Source of the DNA: Candidatus Bathyarchaeia archaeon
GTDB lineage: Archaea; Thermoproteota; Bathyarchaeia; Bathyarchaeales; Bathycorpusculaceae
Reading direction: 5' to 3'
DNA length: 64,000 nucleotides
NCBI GenBank assembly: GCA_049512075.1
Contig: JBEKXL010000005.1
Coordinates: 32,001-96,000, forward strand
In this document: positions 1-9,764 of the stretch, piece by piece
Numbering within the stretch: position 1 is the stretch's first letter
Layout of the letters: each line of letters begins with the position of its first letter
Position numbers and translations under genes: made by a program
The notes under the pieces: model-generated
Seen by the model: the letters and a program-made list of their open reading frames with translations, nothing else
Databases searched by the model: none
What the model was told of the DNA's origin: nothing

Positions 1-2629
1 CAGCTTGATGAGCAAACAGTTCAAGTGGGGCAAGCGACTCTTTAGTCGGACGCCGTCCATTGGCTGGGTCGTCCATGCTCATTATGCCCACCACTTGACC
101 GCTTGGCAACCGCAACGGAATGTACAACAAGTCGTCTGGGTTCCAATCAACTGTGTCTTTTTTGGGAACCTTGCTGGACAGTGCATACTTGAACTGTTGT
201 CGGACGAGTGGATCGCTCCAGGGCAGATAATAAAATTCGCCCAGTCGGTAACATTCAAACATTGAGCTCAAACGTTTTCGCCACAGGTCTCCTGGTGCTT
301 GGTGTCCCTTGAGGTACTGTTCTTCTTTTGGTGTTAAGCCTGCTGTCACGATGTCTGTGGTGTTTAGGTCTTCATCTCGCAGGGATATGACTACTCTTCT
401 CCAGCCCTGTTCGCGAACTGCTTCGGCGACTGTCTTGAGTCGTTTGCGCATGTCCATGGTGCGCAACATTAACGCAGAGCTTTTCATCAGGCTTTCGAGT
501 TTCTTGGAGATGCCCCGTTGCTTCTCCTCGTCTTCTTTCAACGTCTGTTCCATTCTTTTTCGTTCTGTGATGTCTCTGATTATGCCCACTGCTTGCCATT
601 CGCCCTTCATTTGGAGGGCCGAGAGAGAAAGCTCTACGGGAAGTTCTTTTCCGTCTTTGTTCTTTGCTGCGAATTCTATCTTCTTTCCGACAAGGGAATA
701 ATGGCCGGTTTTACTGAGCCCATCCAATGCTTTGTGGATGTCCTTGTGAAAGTGTTTGGGAACGATAAGTCTGAATAGGTCTTTGCCGCTTGCTTCCTCG
801 TTTGTGTACCCAAAAATTCTTTGGGCTGCAGGATTCCAATACGAGATTTTTCCTTCAGCACCCACCAAGATTATCGCATCCATTGCAGAGGCACTTATCA
901 CGCGGAATCTTTCCTCACTATCTCGCATTTGAGACAGTGCCTGGTTACGCTTTTCTTCAACGCCGATGGCTGAAGCCAGTAGCCCGATAATCTTCTTGTC
1001 CTCCTCGCTCGGGCTGAAATCCTCTTGGTAGACGAGGCACAGGGAACCGATGTATGATTCATCGAATTTTACCGCCATCCCGACGTATGTCTGCAGTTTG
1101 TAATGTGCAACGTTTGGATCTGTCTTGGCATACGATGTGTCCTGCAAGTTATTGATCACCGTAATGTTGTCTGCGCCCTGCCGAATCACGTCGTAGCAGA
1201 TATGTCCGTCGGGCTTGTCGACAGGATTATAGTCTGGAGGAGTGTTCCATCTTCCGACGGAACACAACATTCCTTGATCAAGCCGATTGTAGAGAGCGCA
1301 GGTTGCGCCTAAAAGCTCCCCACACAAAGCAACGATCCGGTTGATGTTCTCACCAGGGTCAGCTTTGAAACTTAGAAAACACCTGTTCAGCTTTTCCATT
1401 CGCTCTTCTGTTTTCTTGCGTTCAGTTACGTCACGGACGATACCCAATTCGCCTATGATTTTGCCTTTCTCAGTCTGAGGCTTGCTTGTGAATTCTCCAG
1501 TAAGGTATTCGCCAGATTTTGAACGGATACGCAGCTCATAGGGCGGGACAACTTCTCCGGCCAATGTCTTTTGAAAAGTCTCTATTGCAAGGGGCAGATC
1601 ATCGGGATGAATTATTGACATGAAAGATTTGCCTAGCCATTCGGAACGCTGCCAGCCTGTTATCGTCTCGAACGCGGGGTTCAATGAAGTGATGGTTCCG
1701 CCCTGGGCTGAAATTGTGTAGATTGCTTCCGGCGCAGTTTCGACAAGATTGCAGTAACGTTCTTCTCCTTCCTGAAGAGTTTCCTCTTTTTGCTGGCGCG
1801 GAGTCGGTTTCTCAAGTGTCACGCCAATGCAGTTGTTGTGAAGAGGAAAGACCTTGACTGAAAAGATGCTTCCGGATATACGTTCGTCGCCATAATGGAT
1901 TTCTCCTAGGTCTTTCGCCTTGCCGGACCGAACGACTTCAGCACATATTCTTGCAAACTCTGTGTCAAGCAGCTTGGGGAAGACTTCCGTCAAAGTTCTT
2001 CCTAGAACAGCTTTTTTCGGCAGTCCTGTGATCTGTTCAGCTGCAGGATTACTGAAAATCAGTCTAAGAGATCCCGTGTCATCTGGGTTTTCTAGGCTCC
2101 AAACATCCAAACCGATTTGCATGCTGTCGAGTATGCTTTCGCAAAGCCTGGCATAGCTTCTTGTCTCCTCGGAGTCGATTCCCTCTTCTGTGGCAACTTT
2201 GAAGCCAACGGTATTATCGGGAGAAGACTTCTCTGTCCTTATTTCTTCTTTTCTCGAATCGTCTTTCGTTTTTTCTTCTATCAAACTCATTTTCCACCTT
2301 AACTCGTTTATTCTATCTGAAAATTGAAAGCCCTCCTTCTCTTCATGATCAAGTCCAATCCTTTGGCAGAGATTCCTTATGATCAATTTCTCGATGACCA
2401 CCGCGGCTGAACCTAAAAGCCTCTCCAAACCAGCGGAAAACACGTCAGGATTCTTCAGTATGTCTTCTCGTTTCAACTGAAAGTTTTTCTCAAAAGAAGC
2501 ATAGATAACTTGAATACCTACTCCTTTGAAAACTTGCTCTAGCGTTTCGTCCATGACGGCGAGCAACATGGCATCCGATTTTCTGTTTGTTTTTCCAATT
2601 TTATTTTCAGATTTGGGGCGAAATGCCAT
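1..2629 (-). CDS. Signal-transduction sensor, NitrOD5/DUF3227-like - PAS - PAS - GAF - PAS - GAF; C-terminus runs off the window
   Basis: Not in the ORF track because it has no stop in the window. Hand translation from ATG 2629: MAFRPK...LLAVMDETLEQVF...FSAGLERLLGSAAVVIEKLII..., reading in frame through ATG 2290. PAS motifs NPAAEQITG, NPAFETITGW..IIHPDDL..GIVRDVTERK, YWNPAAQRIFGY..GIIRDITERK, plus GAF-like segments. Confidence 0.85.
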   Translation of the reverse strand, partial: MAFRPKSENKIGKTNRKSDAMLLAVMDETLEQVFKGVGIQVIYASFEKNFQLKREDILKNPDVFSAGLERLLGSAAVVIEKLIIRNLCQRIGLDHEEKEGFQFSDRINELRWKMSLIEEKTKDDSRKEEIRTEKSSPDNTVGFKVATEEGIDSEETRSYARLCESILDSMQIGLDVWSLENPDDTGSLRLIFSNPAAEQITGLPKKAVLGRTLTEVFPKLLDTEFARICAEVVRSGKAKDLGEIHYGDERISGSIFSVKVFPLHNNCIGVTLEKPTPRQQKEETLQEGEERYCNLVETAPEAIYTISAQGGTITSLNPAFETITGWQRSEWLGKSFMSIIHPDDLPLAIETFQKTLAGEVVPPYELRIRSKSGEYLTGEFTSKPQTEKGKIIGELGIVRDVTERKKTEERMEKLNRCFLSFKADPGENINRIVALCGELLGATCALYNRLDQGMLCSVGRWNTPPDYNPVDKPDGHICYDVIRQGADNITVINNLQDTSYAKTDPNVAHYKLQTYVGMAVKFDESYIGSLCLVYQEDFSPSEEDKKIIGLLASAIGVEEKRNQALSQMRDSEERFRVISASAMDAIILVGAEGKISYWNPAAQRIFGYTNEEASGKDLFRLIVPKHFHKDIHKALDGLSKTGHYSLVGKKIEFAAKNKDGKELPVELSLSALQMKGEWQAVGIIRDITERKRMEQTLKEDEEKQRGISKKLESLMKSSALMLRTMDMRKRLKTVAEAVREQGWRRVVISLRDEDLNTTDIVTAGLTPKEEQYLKGHQAPGDLWRKRLSSMFECYRLGEFYYLPWSDPLVRQQFKYALSSKVPKKDTVDWNPDDLLYIPLRLPSGQVVGIMSMDDPANGRRPTKESLAPLELFAHQA

Positions 2630-3152
2630 GTTCTACCTCTCTACCATAGGAAACTTGCATGTTCAGGTTTCTGCTAGCAGACTCCCGGTTGGCAGTCAAA
2701 ATTGACTAGGCCTTATGATTTATCCATTATGAATTTCGAGTACGTATTACTCCTAACGTTGTCTTCGACCATTTTTTTTGATCGATAGATACCGTTATTC
2801 TGTGCTCTCAATCGACATACACATGCAGAATAAGTGCTGGCTCGAAGGTTGCCTTGGTTGGATACCTGTCGCACAGAGAAAAACGCGGAAAAAGTCTCAA
2901 AGCTAGGCCTGAGCGTTCGTCACCGAGACGAGTATACTCGTTTGTCCAAGACCTAGTCTGCCTTATCATTCTCGTTTATGTTTTCTTGTTAGCATACGAG
3001 TATATCAAAACAAAATGCGCGCGCGAGTGATTATGGCCAGTGACTTGTATGCTTAAACAAGTTGGGAGCGATTGTTTAAAAAAGTGTACGTGATGCCTAA
3101 CAAGTAGAGAACCTACTCTAAGGTGTGGTGTGCTGTAACTCCATGCGTGCAA

Positions 3153-3365
3153 CTATTGCACAGTTGGTTCCTTCCACTTTTCTATTGTCAGCTTGTTCTC
3201 TCCGTGTTTGAAGTTTATCTTAACAGGAATCGAATCGGCTCCCCTCTTTGTCCTGGTGTATTCTTTGAACGGAAACATACTGTCCTCAGCCAAGTCCACG
3301 GGTAGGTAAAGCAAATATTTCCCGTCTTTCCTTCTGAACAAGCGTCCTCTTCCTTCGCTCACCAA
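3153..3365 (-). CDS. Small hypothetical protein, possibly AbrB/SpoVT-like swapped-hairpin fold
   Basis: 70 aa; GAGGTG SD upstream of TTG and an AT-rich TATA-like box near 3420; pattern GRLFRRKDGKYLLYLP. Confidence 0.6.
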   Translation of the reverse strand: MVSEGRGRLFRRKDGKYLLYLPVDLAEDSMFPFKEYTRTKRGADSIPVKINFKHGENKLTIEKWKEPTVQ

Positions 3366-3681
3366 ATTGTATCACCTCGATTAAATCCAAAGTTTAAGAG
3401 CTAACTCATAGGGAAGAGACTATTTAATCTTTGTTCTCAAATAATGCAAAAAGAACAGTGATTGTCTTCTCAGGTTCCCACAAAAGTGAATCACCTGTAA
3501 AAGATCACGCCAAAATCGATGACATAAACTGAACACAAACCGCGGGGTCGTGGGCGTTGTCACTCAAGGTCTTCCAAGCGAACAAGCAGTTTAGGCGACT
3601 ATCTTCTGTCTTCAGAGTATGTGCGGGCGCTGAGATTGACGATTTCTACGCAACCATCCTTATTCGTGTATATGCCCTTTC

Positions 3682-4827
3682 TCAGGTCTTTTCTTCAAAG
3701 AGCATGGCGGCTCTGCTCAGAATTTCCCTAATCTGCAGGTGTTGAGGGCAAAGCTCTTCACATTTGCCACATCTCACACATCTCTTAGCTTGGCTTTCAG
3801 GCGTGATGTGTTCCCAGTACTTGCGTTTTATCTCGTCGTCCTTATTCCTTACGTAGTATTCATTGTAAAGTGAGAATATTTCGGGCACGCTCACTCCTTC
3901 TGGGCAGGGCATGCAGTATCTGCAGCCTGTGCATCCGATGAAGCCTAGTCTCTTGTATTTGCGCTTGACTTGCCTGATGATGCTCAGTTCTTTGTCGGTG
4001 AGTATGTTGGCGCCTGATCTGTTTGCGCTGTCCAAGTTTTCTTTCACCTGTTGAATGGTGCTCATTCCGCTGAGGACAACAGAGACCTCAGGATGGTTCC
4101 AGACCCATTGAAGCGCCCACTCCGCCGGTGTTCTCTTGATACTGGCTTTGTTCCAAGATTCTTGGATCTCTTTGGGAGCTACAGTAGCCAGCCTTCCGCC
4201 GGCTATGGGTTCCATCACGACAACTGCCAAACCTTTGGAAGCGGCATAATTCAGCCCTTTTGTGCCAGCTTGGTACTGTTCGTCCATGTAGTTGTACTGG
4301 ATTTGGCAAAGTGTCCAACCGTCGTAGCCGTCTACGATTTTCTTGAAAGTGCTATACTCATCATGGAAACTGAAACCCAAGTGCTTGAACTTCCCTTCGT
4401 CCATCTTCTTCTCAGCCCACTTCAACACGTCCAACTCTTTGAGTTTCTGCCAGCCTTCTTTTCCAAGTCCGTGCAATAAGTAGAAATCCACGTAGTTCAG
4501 CCGGAGCCTCGAAAGCTGTTCATCCAAGTACTTATCCATGTCCTCTCGGGACTTGATAAGCCAAGACGGCATCTTCGTGGCCAATCTTGTTTTCTCACGG
4601 TATCCGTCTTGCAGCGCCTTTCCAACAATTCTTTCACTGTTTCCCCTGTGATAAGGATACGCCGTGTCCAGATAATTCACGCCGTGGTCGAGCGCATACC
4701 TGATCATCTTTAAAGCTTCGGGCTCGTTGATTTTCGAGGCATCTCCATCGACAATGGGCAGCCTCATCGCACCAAATCCCAGAGCCGAAGCTTTCCAGCC
4801 CAGCTTGCCAAACTTCCTGTACTTCAC
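3682..4827 (-). CDS. Aldo/keto reductase with C-terminal 4Fe-4S dicluster
   Basis: LGFGAMRLP, DTAYPYH, LATKMP, YLLH; CTGCRYCMPCP and CVRCGKCEELCPQ. Confidence 0.92.
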   Translation of the reverse strand: MKYRKFGKLGWKASALGFGAMRLPIVDGDASKINEPEALKMIRYALDHGVNYLDTAYPYHRGNSERIVGKALQDGYREKTRLATKMPSWLIKSREDMDKYLDEQLSRLRLNYVDFYLLHGLGKEGWQKLKELDVLKWAEKKMDEGKFKHLGFSFHDEYSTFKKIVDGYDGWTLCQIQYNYMDEQYQAGTKGLNYAASKGLAVVVMEPIAGGRLATVAPKEIQESWNKASIKRTPAEWALQWVWNHPEVSVVLSGMSTIQQVKENLDSANRSGANILTDKELSIIRQVKRKYKRLGFIGCTGCRYCMPCPEGVSVPEIFSLYNEYYVRNKDDEIKRKYWEHITPESQAKRCVRCGKCEELCPQHLQIREILSRAAMLFEEKT

Positions 4828-5076
4828 GAAGGTCCCTTCATCTGGTCGGATTACCCAAAGACGAGTCTGCTTATAGGTATTCTGGGTTGGCTTCTGATGC
4901 GGATATCCTGCGTGTGCTACGATCTCCTTGTTTCTTTTCTCTTTCTGAAGACAATCATTATCGGGCTTACGAAAGCCTTTCTTTCTTCGTCAGTGGTCGT
5001 CCGATAGTCCGTGAATCTGTCCTCTGAATACCTGGTGAAGGTGGTGAGAGTTGAATGTGGTTTATGCGAGCGCACG

Positions 5077-5277
5077 TCAGACCTGTTTGAAAGGTACGTT
5101 GAAACTGTGTACCTTCTTTTTTCTCCGAGGAGTCCAAACCTTTTCGCTGGTCGTTCCACTCTTCAGGGTAAAGCCTGTTAGCGTTTCAATTAAGTCCCTT
5201 ACCGTGAATGCTTCTTTCGGTTTGCTTTTGATGGTCTCCTCAATCTTGCTTTCTTCGATAAGCGGTTTTGACGTCAT
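5077..5277 (-). CDS. Possible small hypothetical protein downstream of NAC
   Basis: MTSKPLIEESKIEETIK... 66 aa, codirectional with NAC; no recognisable motif. Confidence 0.35.
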   Translation of the reverse strand: MTSKPLIEESKIEETIKSKPKEAFTVRDLIETLTGFTLKSGTTSEKVWTPRRKKKVHSFNVPFKQV

Positions 5278-5324
5278 TCTAACGGTCATCGACCAGTTCA
5301 GACTGCTTGTGTGCGCCTCATTTC

Positions 5325-5678
5325 TTAGATGCTCGATTGCAGTAGGAGGATGGCTTTCGCTAGGTCTCCTTGGCATTCTTCCAGAGCTTTTCTCGCTTCT
5401 TCCAAGCTTTTTCCTGTTTGGTCCGCTACAAGCCTGACGTCTTCTTCAGCTACGCCTGACGGTTTGCGCTCTGCCGCTTTCTCGGTGATTTTTCCACCTG
5501 TCACCTGAAAAATTTTCTGTCCCTGCATTTCAAGCATTGCAACTTCAGGCTCTTCTATGGTGATCTCTCTGCTGCTCGTTTTGATGATGACTTGCTCAAC
5601 ATCTGTCACCGCATCCATGTTCAGGCCCATACGTTGCATCATGCGCTTTGCTTCTCGAGGATTCACACGCCTGTGCAT
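5325..5678 (-). CDS. nac: Archaeal nascent polypeptide-associated complex protein
   Basis: NPREAKRMMQRMG, QGQKIFQVTG, C-terminal UBA-like EEDVRLVADQTG..GDLAKAIL. Confidence 0.92.
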   Translation of the reverse strand: MHRRVNPREAKRMMQRMGLNMDAVTDVEQVIIKTSSREITIEEPEVAMLEMQGQKIFQVTGGKITEKAAERKPSGVAEEDVRLVADQTGKSLEEARKALEECQGDLAKAILLLQSSI

Positions 5679-5724
5679 AGTCTCACTCTACCTGCGTAAC
5701 ATTTGCAATTCAAACTTCATATAC

Positions 5725-6210
5725 TTAACCTTCCTCAAGACATCCACGCCGAACTTTCACGGCGACGCCGCGCTTAAAGGCCTTCATTTCTTGACCCGAA
5801 AGAACAGCCCGCCCTACTGCCAAGATATTGCCCTCTTCGTCAAGCACGATGATTTCGTCTTTGGCGCGAACCTCGTCATCAGCTCTCACGACGTGTGCAG
5901 CAAAAACGTCGCCACCTTCAGCTATGAACTTCGCGACATCGCTCCGGACAGCGACAAAACATTTTGCAGGTTGCCTGCCGTGAACAACTCTCCTAGCTCC
6001 GTCAATGCTCAAGGAGAAGAAGCCGTCTGTCGGGCGCATGGTTCCAAGTCGTTTACCCTCTAGGTAGACGTAGCGGATTCGGCCTGTGTTCCTTGAGAAA
6101 ACGATTTTCACGTTTTCGGGAAAAAGTGCCGCGCCCACTCCTTTACCGAACTGATAATCTGCAACGCTTCTGATCCTTCTCAAGGCATCTTCCAAGCAGG
6201 TCACCAGCAA
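5725..6210 (-). CDS. PUA-domain RNA-binding protein (archaeosine TGT C-terminal-like)
   Basis: VADYQFGKG, SRNTGRIR, GGDVFAAHV, GVAVKVRRG. Confidence 0.85.
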   Translation of the reverse strand: MLVTCLEDALRRIRSVADYQFGKGVGAALFPENVKIVFSRNTGRIRYVYLEGKRLGTMRPTDGFFSLSIDGARRVVHGRQPAKCFVAVRSDVAKFIAEGGDVFAAHVVRADDEVRAKDEIIVLDEEGNILAVGRAVLSGQEMKAFKRGVAVKVRRGCLEEG

Positions 6211-6265
6211 AGGCCAAATTCTGTTTCGACAACTATAAACACCACTAATAATAAAAGCAGTTCAG

Positions 6266-6820
6266 GTGGATGGGCAATTGCGATGTGAAGTCTGTGGACG
6301 CAGAATCAACGGAAAACCCTTCAAAGTCATCATTGAAGGGGCAAAGCTGACGGTGTGCAGTGAATGCTCCAAACTCGGAGAAATATACTACGAGGAACCT
6401 AAGCAGAGAGTCGCAAGTCCACGGCTTGGGACGACGCCAAGGCCTTTGATAATTCAGACCAAGAAACCGCAGGCTCCGAAGGTGGACACAAGCTTGGAAC
6501 TCGTGGAGAATTTCGACCTAAAAATAAGGCAGGCCAGAGAGAAACTCGGGCTATCTCACGAGGAATTGGGCAAGAAAATAAGTGAGAAAGTGTCGCTTCT
6601 CCGGAAAATTGAAACTGGAAAGATGACGCCTGACAACAGACTTGCAACGATGCTCGAGCACGCTTTGAAAATCAAGCTGATAGTTCCAGCCAAAGAAGAA
6701 AAAGTTCCGCAGGCCAAGCTGGCCAGAGCTTCAGGTCGCGACCTGACCCTTGGAGACCTGATTCAGATGGACAAGAAGGGCAGTGAGAAGGAGGATACTG
6801 CTGGACGAAGGCAATCATAG
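6266..6820 (+). CDS. mbf1: Archaeal multiprotein bridging factor 1 (Zn ribbon + HTH)
   Basis: CEVCG...VCSEC Zn ribbon, IRQAREKLGLSHEELG HTH, LTLGD tail. Confidence 0.92.
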   Translation: MDGQLRCEVCGRRINGKPFKVIIEGAKLTVCSECSKLGEIYYEEPKQRVASPRLGTTPRPLIIQTKKPQAPKVDTSLELVENFDLKIRQAREKLGLSHEELGKKISEKVSLLRKIETGKMTPDNRLATMLEHALKIKLIVPAKEEKVPQAKLARASGRDLTLGDLIQMDKKGSEKEDTAGRRQS

Positions 6821-8067
6821 TTCAACGTCGTCAACAATACGAACCGAACGGCCTCGACGAACTTGAGAGTCTGGCTGAATCGGCAGGCTACACGATTGTG
6901 GGCAGGCTGGAACAGATCAGACAGGCAGACGCGCGCTACCAGATAGGCTCTGGAAAGGTGGAAGAACTCGCCGAACTTGTGAAGCAAAAAGACGCTGAGA
7001 AAGTGATTTTCGACAATCTGCTAAGGCCGCTTCAGTCCTACAACTTGGCAAAAGCCACAGGCGTCGAAATCATTGACCGTTTTCAGCTGATACTAGAAAT
7101 CTTTACCAAGAGAGCCACTACTGCTGAGGCGCAGATGCAGATCAAACTCGCAAGTCTTCGGTACGATTTGACCCAGGCCAAGGAGAGAGTGCGCCTAGCC
7201 ACGAAGGGAGAACAGCCAGGTTTCATGGGGCTCGGAGCCTATGAAGTCGACGTCTACTATGAGAGTGTCAAGAGAGAAGTTCACGCTATACGCAGAAAGC
7301 TTAAAAAAATCCGGGCAAAGAGGGTCTTGCACCGCCAAAGAAGGGAAGAACTGGGGTTTACGTCAATTTCACTGGCAGGATACACGAAGGCCGGAAAAAG
7401 TTCACTGTTCAACGCCCTTGCGGAAGAGACGGTTCCCGTGGACGCTGCTCTGTTCACGACGCTTTCCACGACGACGCGGCTTGTAACATTCTCCAAGAAA
7501 GAGTTTCTCTTAACCGACACAGTCGGCTTCATAGATCGCCTGCCGTTAACTCTGATAGAGGCGTTCCACTCAACGCTTGAAGAAACAATCTACTCTGACT
7601 TGATACTCTTGTTGGTGGACGCGGGTGAATCGATGACCGCTATTGAAAAGAAACTTGGGACATGCTTGGAAACGATAGACCGCATAGGAGCCTCAGGCGT
7701 ACCCATGATTACGGTGTTGAACAAGATTGACCTGATGCCGGAAACCGAAGTTCAGCAGAAGATAAAAAAACTGGAGGAAAGGGCAACGACCCTTGTTCCG
7801 ATATCCGCGTTGTACAAAACCAATCTTGAACAGCTGAAACAGGAGATATTGAAGATACTGAAGAACTACGTCAGGGCAACCTTCACCATACCAGTGACTG
7901 ACAAGACGATGCGGTTTATGGCGTGGCTTTTCGAAAACGCTGACGTTCAGAAAGCGGATTACAACGAAAGCTCTGTACGTGTGGTTTTCGAAGCAGCTCC
8001 CACGTTTGCGGAGAAGGTCAGAAGCCGAGTGAAAACAGAATTCAACAGGAAGGTCGAGAAAATCTGA
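6805..8067 (+). CDS. hflX: GTPase HflX
   Basis: GYTKAGKSSLFN, LFTTLSTT, DTVGFI, NKID. Homology extends upstream of GTG 6898 (KAIIVQRR..LDELESLAESAGY), so the start is placed tentatively at ACG 6805. Confidence 0.9.
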   Translation, partial: TKAIIVQRRQQYEPNGLDELESLAESAGYTIVGRLEQIRQADARYQIGSGKVEELAELVKQKDAEKVIFDNLLRPLQSYNLAKATGVEIIDRFQLILEIFTKRATTAEAQMQIKLASLRYDLTQAKERVRLATKGEQPGFMGLGAYEVDVYYESVKREVHAIRRKLKKIRAKRVLHRQRREELGFTSISLAGYTKAGKSSLFNALAEETVPVDAALFTTLSTTTRLVTFSKKEFLLTDTVGFIDRLPLTLIEAFHSTLEETIYSDLILLLVDAGESMTAIEKKLGTCLETIDRIGASGVPMITVLNKIDLMPETEVQQKIKKLEERATTLVPISALYKTNLEQLKQEILKILKNYVRATFTIPVTDKTMRFMAWLFENADVQKADYNESSVRVVFEAAPTFAEKVRSRVKTEFNRKVEKI

Positions 8068-8684
8068 AAAGAGAAGCTGCGCCTGAAATCGTTGTGTTAA
8101 GGTGGGGTCACCGGCCGACCAGAGACGCAAGGCTCACGACGCACGTTGCCCTCGTAGCCCGCGCCCTAGGAGCTTCTGGGATTATCTTGTCAGACACGGA
8201 AGACCGAAAAATCAAAGACACGATAAACGAGGTCACCCGAAGCTGGGGCGGTACCTTCTTTTTCGAAATGGGAATCCCTTGGAGAAAAGCTGTAAGTGAC
8301 TGGAAAACCCGAAACGGCGTAGTTGTCCATTTGACAGCATACGGAGAAAACGTTGAAACTACGGATGTGCTAAACCGCATTAGAGATTCTGGAAAGAACA
8401 TTTTGGTCATCGTTGGAAGCCAAAAAGTCCCTGGCGAATTCTTTTCGGAAGCCGTTTCAGACTTTAACGTGGCAGTTGGGAACCAGCCGCACTCGGAATG
8501 TGCAAGCGTGGCGGTTTTCCTTGACCGCCTCTTCAAAGGAGAGGAATTGGCTAAGAGCTTTCAGAATGCAAATGTGAAAATCATCCCCCAACGGAGAGGA
8601 AAAAAAGTCGTGACGGAGAAAAACCGTGAAACCGGCTCTCCCGTAAAGAGCTTTAAATCAAACCTTGCAAAATATATAATATAG
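8064..8684 (+). CDS. trm56: tRNA (cytidine(56)-2'-O)-methyltransferase
   Basis: LRWGHRPTRDARLTTHVALVARALGA, VHLTAYG, VGSQKVP, GNQPHSE. Start is GTG 8094 or CTG 8064. Confidence 0.92.
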   Translation: MKREAAPEIVVLRWGHRPTRDARLTTHVALVARALGASGIILSDTEDRKIKDTINEVTRSWGGTFFFEMGIPWRKAVSDWKTRNGVVVHLTAYGENVETTDVLNRIRDSGKNILVIVGSQKVPGEFFSEAVSDFNVAVGNQPHSECASVAVFLDRLFKGEELAKSFQNANVKIIPQRRGKKVVTEKNRETGSPVKSFKSNLAKYII

Positions 8685-8719
8685 AGAACAGTGCTGAGTA
8701 CTGGAAGCAAAGGGTTGTT

Positions 8720-9232
8720 ATGTTATCTAACATAGATGATGCAACGCTGCTTAAAGTTGCTGAGGCGTTGGGAGAAGAAGACGCGGTCAAACTAATTGAC
8801 ATTCTGAAGAACTCGAATGAAATAACGGACGACGAGATTGCAACCAAGACAGGCATAAGATTGAACTCTGTTCGAAAAATCCTCTACAAACTGTACGACC
8901 ACTCTCTTGTAAGCCTTAGACGCACGCGCGATCCGAAGACCGGGTGGTTCATATTTCACTGGAGGCTGCAGCCCGATCAGCTTGAGGGTTTCATACTCAG
9001 CCAGAAACGTCGAGTGCTTGAGAAACTTGACATTCGACTGGAGTACGAAAAAAACCATGATTTCTACTATTGTTACACGCCGGGTTGCAGGCGAATCCCC
9101 TTCGAAGAGGCGGTGGAACTCGTTTTCCGATGTCCAACATGTGGAAAACCGTTGATGCATTACAACAACGAGAAAATTCTTGAATCACTGACCAAGAAGG
9201 TCGAAATCCTAAGGAAGGAGCTTGGTGAGTGA
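8720..9232 (+). CDS. tfe: Transcription initiation factor E alpha
   Basis: TDDEIA..RLNSVRKILYKL wHTH, RDPKTGWFIFHW, C..C..FRCPTCG Zn ribbon. Confidence 0.95.
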   Translation: MLSNIDDATLLKVAEALGEEDAVKLIDILKNSNEITDDEIATKTGIRLNSVRKILYKLYDHSLVSLRRTRDPKTGWFIFHWRLQPDQLEGFILSQKRRVLEKLDIRLEYEKNHDFYYCYTPGCRRIPFEEAVELVFRCPTCGKPLMHYNNEKILESLTKKVEILRKELGE

Positions 9233-9764
9233 AAAACTCCCAACGAGAGAACAAGCGTTGGGGTTTCTCAAAGTGAGTGGTTGCCGCGAGAACGTCATAA
9301 GGCACGTTGAAGCGGTTTCTGCGCTTGCGGTTGAAATAGCAGAAGCCTGTAGGAAAAAAGGATACGACGTTGACGTACACCTTGTTGAAATTGGAGGGCT
9401 CCTGCACGACATTGGACGCGCTAAAACTCACAGCGTACACCACGCAGTCTTGGGAGCAGACATTGCAAGATCCCTTGGTCTGCCCGAACCTGTCGTATCG
9501 ATAATCAAGAGGCATGTTGGTGGAGGAATAACAGCAAGAGAAGCTCGAAAACTCGGATGGCCAAGAGACATTTACGTTCCGTTAATACTTGAAGAAAAAA
9601 TAGTTTCTTACGCGGACAAGCTAATCGAAGGTTCGAGGCGAGTGCCGATAGAGGTGACCATAGAAGAGCTTTCCAGAGAACTGCCGGTGTCCGCTATCCA
9701 AAGACTATGGAAACTGCATGAAGAAATGTTAATCTTGGTCGGCGACTGCGAATGCCTACCGTAA
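9225..9764 (+). CDS. HD-domain protein (TIGR00295-like)
   Basis: LLHDIGR, RHVGGG, EEKIVSYADKL; conserved position after tfe. Confidence 0.88.
   Translation: MSEKLPTREQALGFLKVSGCRENVIRHVEAVSALAVEIAEACRKKGYDVDVHLVEIGGLLHDIGRAKTHSVHHAVLGADIARSLGLPEPVVSIIKRHVGGGITAREARKLGWPRDIYVPLILEEKIVSYADKLIEGSRRVPIEVTIEELSRELPVSAIQRLWKLHEEMLILVGDCECLP

Noticed and set aside
5-2302. Short plus-strand ORFs listed in the track
   Set aside because: Antisense shadows of the long minus-strand PAS/GAF sensor.
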